Source: an uncultured virus (IMG/VR IMGVR_UViG_3300022907_001216)
Taxonomy: Duplodnaviria > Heunggongvirae > Uroviricota > Caudoviricetes
Direction: 5' to 3' (one strand)
Length of the DNA: 57,270 bases
IMG/VR virus record: IMGVR_UViG_3300022907_001216
Shown here: positions 50,101 to 57,270 of the stretch, piece by piece
How the letters are laid out: every line of letters starts with the position of its first letter
How positions within the stretch are numbered: position 1 is the first letter of the stretch
Notes under the pieces: generated by a model
Database searches by the model: none
Seen by the model: only the letters and a program-made list of their open reading frames with translations
What the model was told of the DNA's origin: nothing
Translations under genes and position numbers: made by a program

Positions 50101-51834
50101 TCTAGCAGTGTTGTACAACACCAATTAGATATTACTGGAGTAGGCACATTAGATGCTGGTGCTATTAGTAGCGGCTTTGGCAATATTAATATCGGAAATA
50201 ACTCATTAACTGCTACAGGTGCTATATCATTAGGTGCTACAAGTTTCAATGATAATAACATTACTAATGTAGGTAGCATAGCAGTTGATACTATTGTAGC
50301 AGATAATGCTACTTCAATGAACTTTAATTCAAATACTATTGTCAATATCGATAACACAACACAGTCAACTAGTAACACTACTGGTGCACTAATTGTTGAT
50401 GGCGGCATTGGTGTTGCTAAAGATGTATATTCAAATGGTACTTTCTACGGTGGCGGTAGTGGATTAACAGCACTTAACGCAAGTAACTTAGGCAGTGGAA
50501 CTGTTCCTAATGCTAGACTTAGCGGAACTTACAGTAACGTAACTGGTACTGGAGCACTAAATGCTGGTAGTATAACAAGCGGATTTGGTGATGTTAATAT
50601 TGGTACAAATACATTTACTGGTAACGGTAGTGGACTTACAAGCGTAGATGCTACAACCTTAGATGGTATTGATAGCTCAGCATTCTTACGCAGTAATGCT
50701 GATGATACGTATACTGGACTTCTTACCGGTAATAGGAATTCAAATGAACAACTTAGGTTAGCAACACAAAGTTCAACTGGATCACCTTACATAAGTTTCT
50801 ATCAAGCAGGAACACGCAGAGGTTATATTCAGTATGTAAATGGTGGAGCAATGCGTATCTACAATGACAGAACTGATGAATATCTTGATGTCAACAGTGG
50901 GGTAAATGGTCTACTTTATAATGTTGGTGGCACCAACTACAAAGTATGGCACGAAGGTAATGATGGTCCTGGCAGCGGACTTAATGCTGATACACTTGAT
51001 GGTGTATCTTCAGGTAGTTTCTTACGCAGCGATACTAATGATAGTTTTTCAGGTACACTTAGTGGAGGTGGTTCTATTAGTATTACAGGTAATGTTACTG
51101 CTAATAGTTTTACAGGTGACGGTAGTAACCTAACTGGTGTTAGTGCTAGTGATGCTGATACACTTGATGGTATTGATAGTTCAGGTTTCTTGCGTAGCAC
51201 TACAACAGCAAGCCAAAACATTTATATTAGGAATACTTCACCAACACTATATTTCCGTGATACTAATCACAATGTTGCTATGTTACATAACAACAGTGAC
51301 TTGTTTTATATCTTACGTGGCGGAGACGATTCAACATCTTGGGCACAAGTAAACAGTCAATGGCCAGCTATTTGGAACTTGACAAATAACGATGTTACAT
51401 TTGGTCGCAATATGAATGCTGTAGGCGAAGTTACAGCCTATTCATCAGATAAAAGATTGAAAGAAAATATTGTACCAATTGAAAATGCTTTAACTAAAAT
51501 AAAGTCGTTAACTGGTGTAAACTTTGATTGGAAAGCTGAAGTCAATGATTTAGGTTTCTATCCTGATAACCAAATTAATGATGCTGGTGTTATTGCTCAA
51601 GAAGTAGAAAAAGTTTTACCACAAGCGATTGCTAAGGCTCCTTTTGATCAATATTGGGATAGCGAAGAAAAAGAATATAAGAGTAAATCAGGTGAAGATT
51701 ATATTACTGTTAAGTATGAAAAACTTGCTCCATTGTTTATTGAAGCAATCAAAGAGCAAGATGCTAAACTAGAAGCACAAGCAGCAGAGATTGCTGAGCT
51801 GAAAGAAATGGTAAAAAAATTACTCGATAAATAA
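41153..51834 (+). CDS. Giant tail fibre (~3560 aa if joined) with C-terminal peptidase S74 chaperone; frame broken near 48907
   Basis: Track ORFs 41153..48958 and 49225..51834 join into continuous fibre sequence with one extra base at ~48907. N-terminal RHKRSAVAG...GELAINTADGKVY; C-terminal SDKRLKENI...GVIAQEVEKVLP...VKYEKLAPLFIEAIKE. Confidence 0.8.
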
Positions 51835-51840
51835 CATATG

Positions 51841-51866
51841 GTGTAGCTAAATTATTTTGGCTACAC
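51841..51866 (+). terminator. Hairpin after the fibre gene (possible terminator or processing site)
   Basis: GTGTAGCTAA-ATTATT-TTGGCTACAC; no clear U tract. Confidence 0.4.
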
Positions 51867-51869
51867 TAG

Positions 51870-51898
51870 TTGACATAATTTAAATAGTGTGTTACACT
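51870..51898 (+). promoter_or_regulatory. sigma70-type promoter with embedded late motif
   Basis: TTGACA (51870-51875), 17 nt spacer, TACACT (51893-51898) preceded by TG; TAAATA at 51881-51886. Confidence 0.6.
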
Positions 51899-51916
51899 TG
51901 TACAATAGGAAAGTAA

Positions 51917-52081
51917 ATGGCGTTACCAGCAACCGGATCAGCAATTACAATGTCAGAGATTAGAAACTACTTTGGTGGTTCTGGTACTCCAATTACTATG
52001 GCTGGGCTGGGTGCTTTTTTGAGTATTTCAGCTGGAACTACAATTCAAATGAGCGATACATTTGGCGGACAAGGAACATAA
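51917..52081 (+). CDS. Small Gly/Thr-rich protein (54 aa), fibre-tip/accessory-like
   Basis: Below the track cutoff: MALPATGSAITMSEIRNYFGGSGTPITMAGLGAFLSISAGTTIQMSDTFGGQGT*, with an AGGA SD. Confidence 0.75.
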   Translation: MALPATGSAITMSEIRNYFGGSGTPITMAGLGAFLSISAGTTIQMSDTFGGQGT

Positions 52082-52085
52082 TATA

Positions 52086-52469
52086 ATGGAAATGAAAAGT
52101 TTATACGAAGTTATTAATATTGACTTAGCACAAGCATATACAAAACAAAGAAAAAAAGACCTAGCGGAAAAATTAGGTTTAGAATCAGAACTTTATAAAG
52201 AAGTTTGTGAAGCAATCGATAGCATGGATATTCCAGAGGCTGACGAACGTCATCATTGGATAAATGTTATTGCGCATTTAGCTTCTGCTGATTTAATTAC
52301 ACTAGGAAAAGTACAACCTGAAAACATGGTTCTGATGAGTTCTTTAAGTGAGGAAGATTTTACTGATGCAGTAACTATTGCTGTAAGTAAAGCTAGACAA
52401 CTAAATGATCAGACAGTAGCAGCAGAAGCAACACTTAACACAGATACTATTTCAGAAACAATCACCTAA
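52086..52469 (+). CDS. Hypothetical protein
   Basis: Track ORF 52062..52469; start moved to the ATG at 52086 to avoid overlap with the 54 aa gene. Confidence 0.7.
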   Translation: MEMKSLYEVINIDLAQAYTKQRKKDLAEKLGLESELYKEVCEAIDSMDIPEADERHHWINVIAHLASADLITLGKVQPENMVLMSSLSEEDFTDAVTIAVSKARQLNDQTVAAEATLNTDTISETIT

Positions 52470-53044
52470 TGAAATTATCAATATGTGTGCCTGCTCGTGA
52501 TACAGTTCACGCAGGGTTTGCGTTATCATTGGCAAAAATTGCCAAAACTATTGATTGCGAAATACTAATGAATTTAGGTACTGTGATACCTGAACAACGT
52601 AATCAATTGATAAGCGAATCTTTAGAAAAAGGTTGTACACATATACTGTGGTTAGATAGTGATATGCACTTGCCAGCAAATACCGCAAACATATTATTAT
52701 CTCATAACAAAGAAATTGTAGCTGCCAGCTACAGCACACGAATGCCACCTTATCAAAGTGTAGCATTTACAGATCCTAATAATCTTTCAGAAAGGTTAGA
52801 TGAAATAGGAGGCTTACACAAAGTTTGGGCAGTCGGCATGGGATGTATGTTAGTAAATACAAAAGTTTACGAATACTTAGAAAAACCTTGGCATCAATAT
52901 TTAGAACATAAAGAAACTAAAACACTTATGGGAGAAGATATATATTTCTGCAAGAATGCTAACGATGCCGGATTTGATATTTTTATTGATGCGGATTTAA
53001 GTAAAAAAATTGCCCATTATGGAACAAAGAGTTTTAAATTATGA
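52469..53044 (+). CDS. Glycosyltransferase family 2-like (GT-A) protein
   Basis: KLSICVP, RNQLI, HILWLDSD (DxD), GMGCMLV and GEDIYFC motifs. Confidence 0.8.
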   Translation: MKLSICVPARDTVHAGFALSLAKIAKTIDCEILMNLGTVIPEQRNQLISESLEKGCTHILWLDSDMHLPANTANILLSHNKEIVAASYSTRMPPYQSVAFTDPNNLSERLDEIGGLHKVWAVGMGCMLVNTKVYEYLEKPWHQYLEHKETKTLMGEDIYFCKNANDAGFDIFIDADLSKKIAHYGTKSFKL

Positions 53045-56000
53045 GAGCTGTAGACAAGTTTAATAGATATGGACGCACTGTTTACAATGGACAGGATGTT
53101 TTGAAAAATCATTTTTTAAATGGTTATCCAAAACATTATACTAATGATACAATGGACTATAGTATTATAGATCAATATCAAGATTATGATTATGTTTGGA
53201 TTGTAGATAAAGACTTAGAAACACTAAGAACATTTCCATGGCATTTTAAGCCTAAGGAACACGGCATCCATTGTTTTCCTTATGTGTACAAGAGAAGTAA
53301 AAGAATATTAAGCTGGGACAAAGTTAAACTTGTTCCTACGAAAAACTTAAACAAACAATATCGTATTGAGCAAAAACATATTTGTGCCAAGTATGATGTG
53401 CTTTGTGGAAAAGAAAGTTTTAATATTTTCTATCAAGGAAATAAATCAGATCAAGAATTTAAAAAATTATCTGAAAAGTTTGCTAGTGCCAAGTGTGTAA
53501 AAAACTATAAAGATGCTCAAAAACAAAGCGAAACAGATATGTTTTGGCTTGTCCCTAATGATGTACAAGTAAGTGAGTTTTTTAAATTTTCCTATATGCC
53601 TGATGACTGGAGCCAAAAATATGTTCATGTTTTTAGTAACGGAAAAGCAAAAACTAAAGATGGTATAATTCTTGCTCCTAAAAACTATACTCCAAGTAAA
53701 AAAGAACTATCTCATAGATTCTACGCTGAAAAGAAAGACGTAAGCATACTTGCTAGTAAACCTTTACCTTACAAACAAATGAGTTTTAAAGACTATCAAC
53801 ATTATTGCGATACTATAGAAACATTAGATGACGACTTAGTATGGTGGATACCACAAGATATTATTGTGGAAGATTCTTTTGATTTAAATTTGTACATAAG
53901 TCATCATAATCAATATGATAGACAAATAAATCATGTTTATCTAAACGGTGAACATTACGATGGTGTAATGCTGTTGAGTAAACATTGTAAAATTACTGAA
54001 AAAGAATTTAACAATAGATTTTTAGCTGTAAAAAAAGAACACGAGGTGGTAGCAAGCCGTCCAAAAAAGTTTGATACTTTTACAATAAATTCTTATTCTG
54101 ATTACAAACGTGCCTTAGATAATACAACAACTGATATGTTTTGGGGCGTACCAGATGATGTAAATTTAGTAAAAGATTTAGATTTATATTTTTCACATCA
54201 TAATTTATATGACAGAAAAATTACTCATGTTTTCAAAAATAAAGAATCATATGACGGTGTTGTTTTATATAACACCAGCTCTAAACTTACAAAAAAAGAA
54301 GTAGAACATAGGTTTTATACAAAGAAAAAAGAATGGGATGTCGTTTATAGTACTCCTAAAGGTTTTGATTTTTTTGAAATTGATACTTACGAAGACTACT
54401 TATATGCCAAAGAAAAATCTACAACTGATATGTTTTGGATGTCTAGTCCTCAACTAAGAACATATCAAAAATGTATAGATGAATTTTATATTAGTCATCA
54501 TAATATTATCGATAGGAATCAAGTACACGCATTTGTACATAGCTGCGATGATAAAATTTGTTTTAATGGTGTGTTTCTTATACCAAAAAATCATACCCTT
54601 ACAGAAAATGAAATTTTACATAGACATCCTGTAGTAAGAAAAGAACATAACACAGTATTCAGTGTGCCAGCACCTTATGATTATTTTTTAATCGATTCGT
54701 ATGACGAATATTTACAAGCTATGGAAATGTCTAGAACAGAAATGTTTTGGATGAGTAGCAGAAATATAAACACTTTGGCATTTGATTTTGATTTTGTTTT
54801 TAACCACACAGACACATACAACAGAAAGGAAAATCATGCATTTATACATGATGTTGATGGAAGGCAATTATACAACGGTTTATTCTTATGTTCAAAACAT
54901 AAACCAGTGTTACAAAAAGAAATAGAATATAGACATTTTATGTTTTGTAAACAACACAACATTGTTGGATCAAAACCTGTAACTTATTCTAGTTTTACAA
55001 TTGATACATATGCTGATTATCTGTATGCTTTTGCTAATACTAAAACTGAAATGTTTTGGGGAACATGTAGTCATTTAGAAACAGCACACGATTTCAAATT
55101 TGATACATATTTTAGTCACGACAATATATTTGATAGAGAATGCAATCATGCTTTTATAAATCAAGGCGAAGATTCATGTGCATACAATGGTTATTTTTTG
55201 TTTAGTAAACATGCTCCAGTTACTGAAAAAGAAATTAAACATAGATTTTTAGTAAACGCTAAAGAACATTATAAAGTTGCTAGTAAGAATAAATCGTATG
55301 ATATTTTCCATGTAGACTCGTATGATGAATATTTACAAGCAATGGATACGTCAAGTACAGAATTATTTTGGGCAATTAGTAGAAATTGTAATACAGACGT
55401 ATACGATTTTAGTTTAACATTTGATTGGAATAACGAATATGACAGAAATGAAAATCATAGTTTTATTCATCAAGTAAACGGGTTTCCTTATAGGAATGCT
55501 GTATTTTTATTAAGTAAACATAAACCAGTAACAAAAAAAGAAATTGAATTCAAGCACTTAGCAAGTTGTAAAGAATGGGATATTGTAGCAAGCCAAGAAT
55601 GTGTATATGACGAGTTTATTATTGAAACTTATTCTCATTATTTAGATGCTTTAGAAAACAGTAACACCGAACTGTTTTATGGATATACAAAGAATATTGA
55701 TACTACGGCTTTTGACTTTGATCTTTATTTTACACATGATAATGAATTTGATCGAAAAATTAACCATACATTCGTACACGAAGTAGATGGCAAACATTTT
55801 AGAAATGGTTTATTTTTATATAGTAAACACGCCCCAGTAACTGAAAAAGAAATAGAATATAGGCATATTGTAAATGCTAAACACTGGAACGACATTGGTA
55901 GTAAAAAAGTTCAGTATGATAGATTTGTTGTAAACAATTATTCTGATTATTTGAAAGCATTAGATACAACTGAAACTGAAATGTTTTGGGCAATTCCTAG

Positions 56001-57270
56001 TGATGTAGAAGTTGAACTTTCTTTTAAATTTGATCAATACTTTACGCATGACAATGAATACGATAGAAAGATAAACCATATTTTTAAAAATGGTGAGTTC
56101 TGGGATGGTGTAGCACTTATGTCAACACATGCTCCTGTGACACAACAAGAAGTTGAACACAGATGGTATGCTAACAGAAAGAAACATGATATTGTTGCTA
56201 GTATACCAAAAGCATTTCCTGTGTTTAACATACAAACTTACAATGATTATTTAAAAGCATTTGACGAATCTAAATCTAATATGTTTTGGGGAACAACTCC
56301 TAACATAAAAATAAATGAAGATTTTGATATGAGTATGTATATAGATATACACAACAGTTATGACAGAACAATCAATCATGCTTTTAAACACAAAGCAAAT
56401 GGAAAAGAAACCTATAATGGATTATTTTTATTTACAAAACACGCACCGTTAACACAAAAAGAAATAGAATACAGAACCATAGCTAGGCGCAAAGAATGGG
56501 ATATTGTAGCCTCTAGTGCTGTTGTATATGATAGATTTACTATTAACACTTACAAAGATTACTTAAGAGCAATTGACACTAGCAAAACTGAAATGCTATG
56601 GATCATACCAAAAGAAGTCACTGTTTCAAAAGATTTCAAATTTGATCTATATTTTACTCATGATCAACAATTTGAAAGACAAACAAATCACGTGTTTAAA
56701 AATGGCAATGCTTGGGACGGTATTAGTTTAGTACCTAAACATCAACAACTTACTGAACGCGAAATTAAAATGCGATTTTTAGCAAATAAAAAACAATATG
56801 ATGTTCAAGCAAGTCAGCCAGAACCTTACGATATTGTATACATAAGTAAAGATGAAGAATACGCTGATATTAATTATAAAAACATATTAGAAAAATTTCC
56901 AAGAACAAAACGTATTCACGGTGTTGAAGGTATTCATCAAGCACACATTGAGGCAGCAAAATTGTGTTCAACTGATATGATTTGGATTATTGATGCCGAT
57001 GCTGAGATAGTAGATAATTTTAACTTTGATTATTATATACCTACATATGATCCAGATAGTAAAAGAACAGTTCATGTTTGGAAATCAAAAAATCCAATAA
57101 ACGGATTAATTTACGGATATGGCGCTGTCAAACTTTTGCCACGAGATTTAACACTTAATATGGACACTAACAAGCCTGATATGACAACAAGTATAAGTCC
57201 GCTATTTAAAACTATTAATCAAATAAGTAATATAACAAAATTTAACACAGACGAGTTTAGCACATGGCGT
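53041..57270 (+). CDS. Giant tandem-repeat glycosyltransferase-like protein (>1410 aa), truncated at window end
   Basis: Not in the track. The ATG overlaps the upstream TGA and the frame is open to the window end. It has ~13 units of ~100 aa (TxMFW...F.F..YF.H...DR..NH.F...NG..L..K); the last unit has WIIDADA. Confidence 0.8.
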   Translation, partial: MRAVDKFNRYGRTVYNGQDVLKNHFLNGYPKHYTNDTMDYSIIDQYQDYDYVWIVDKDLETLRTFPWHFKPKEHGIHCFPYVYKRSKRILSWDKVKLVPTKNLNKQYRIEQKHICAKYDVLCGKESFNIFYQGNKSDQEFKKLSEKFASAKCVKNYKDAQKQSETDMFWLVPNDVQVSEFFKFSYMPDDWSQKYVHVFSNGKAKTKDGIILAPKNYTPSKKELSHRFYAEKKDVSILASKPLPYKQMSFKDYQHYCDTIETLDDDLVWWIPQDIIVEDSFDLNLYISHHNQYDRQINHVYLNGEHYDGVMLLSKHCKITEKEFNNRFLAVKKEHEVVASRPKKFDTFTINSYSDYKRALDNTTTDMFWGVPDDVNLVKDLDLYFSHHNLYDRKITHVFKNKESYDGVVLYNTSSKLTKKEVEHRFYTKKKEWDVVYSTPKGFDFFEIDTYEDYLYAKEKSTTDMFWMSSPQLRTYQKCIDEFYISHHNIIDRNQVHAFVHSCDDKICFNGVFLIPKNHTLTENEILHRHPVVRKEHNTVFSVPAPYDYFLIDSYDEYLQAMEMSRTEMFWMSSRNINTLAFDFDFVFNHTDTYNRKENHAFIHDVDGRQLYNGLFLCSKHKPVLQKEIEYRHFMFCKQHNIVGSKPVTYSSFTIDTYADYLYAFANTKTEMFWGTCSHLETAHDFKFDTYFSHDNIFDRECNHAFINQGEDSCAYNGYFLFSKHAPVTEKEIKHRFLVNAKEHYKVASKNKSYDIFHVDSYDEYLQAMDTSSTELFWAISRNCNTDVYDFSLTFDWNNEYDRNENHSFIHQVNGFPYRNAVFLLSKHKPVTKKEIEFKHLASCKEWDIVASQECVYDEFIIETYSHYLDALENSNTELFYGYTKNIDTTAFDFDLYFTHDNEFDRKINHTFVHEVDGKHFRNGLFLYSKHAPVTEKEIEYRHIVNAKHWNDIGSKKVQYDRFVVNNYSDYLKALDTTETEMFWAIPSDVEVELSFKFDQYFTHDNEYDRKINHIFKNGEFWDGVALMSTHAPVTQQEVEHRWYANRKKHDIVASIPKAFPVFNIQTYNDYLKAFDESKSNMFWGTTPNIKINEDFDMSMYIDIHNSYDRTINHAFKHKANGKETYNGLFLFTKHAPLTQKEIEYRTIARRKEWDIVASSAVVYDRFTINTYKDYLRAIDTSKTEMLWIIPKEVTVSKDFKFDLYFTHDQQFERQTNHVFKNGNAWDGISLVPKHQQLTEREIKMRFLANKKQYDVQASQPEPYDIVYISKDEEYADINYKNILEKFPRTKRIHGVEGIHQAHIEAAKLCSTDMIWIIDADAEIVDNFNFDYYIPTYDPDSKRTVHVWKSKNPINGLIYGYGAVKLLPRDLTLNMDTNKPDMTTSISPLFKTINQISNITKFNTDEFSTWR

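Noticed and set aside
48903..50408. Long antisense ORFs (254 aa and 174 aa) over the fibre gene
   Set aside because: These are shadow frames caused by codon bias in Thr/Gly/Ser-rich genes. The 254 aa ORF ends at the frame break, consistent with that.
53400..56830. Diversity-generating retroelement template/variable repeats
   Set aside because: The repeats are diverged protein-level units rather than near-identical DNA pairs differing at adenines, and no reverse transcriptase is present in the window.
1..57270. Stop-codon reassignment
   Set aside because: TAA, TAG and TGA all end clearly bounded genes, and conserved genes are intact under the standard code.

Overview
This window is a 57 kb, AT-rich segment of a large T4-like myophage genome. 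It uses the standard genetic code, and I found no tRNA, rRNA or CRISPR array. From left to right it holds: (1) a minus-strand baseplate module (giant wedge protein truncated at the window start, gp6, gp25, a TIGR02594/NlpC-P60-like hydrolase, a gp5-like spike with a lysozyme-like C-terminus, a hub protein, a LysM/gp53-like protein and a tube-initiator-like protein); (2) a divergent sigma70-driven block with the gp55 late sigma factor, gp47/gp46 (Mre11/Rad50-like) and a GIY-YIG nuclease; (3) a gp26-like chaperone divergent from a tape-measure-like gene; (4) the head module (gp20, acidic core protein, gp21, gp22, gp23); (5) two giant fibre proteins; (6) a glycosyltransferase region that runs off the end. 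The most notable observations are: a ~350 nt GC-rich, heavily base-paired non-coding element starting exactly at the GIY-YIG stop codon (candidate nuclease-associated ncRNA); a -1 slippery site joining the gp26-like gene to a startless downstream frame; 13 phycobiliprotein-like C-x-R-D repeats in the giant fibres; a >1400 aa protein built from ~13 tandem glycosyltransferase-like units; and a 1-nt break splitting a ~3560 aa fibre gene. All product calls come from motif recognition and synteny; no database searches were run.
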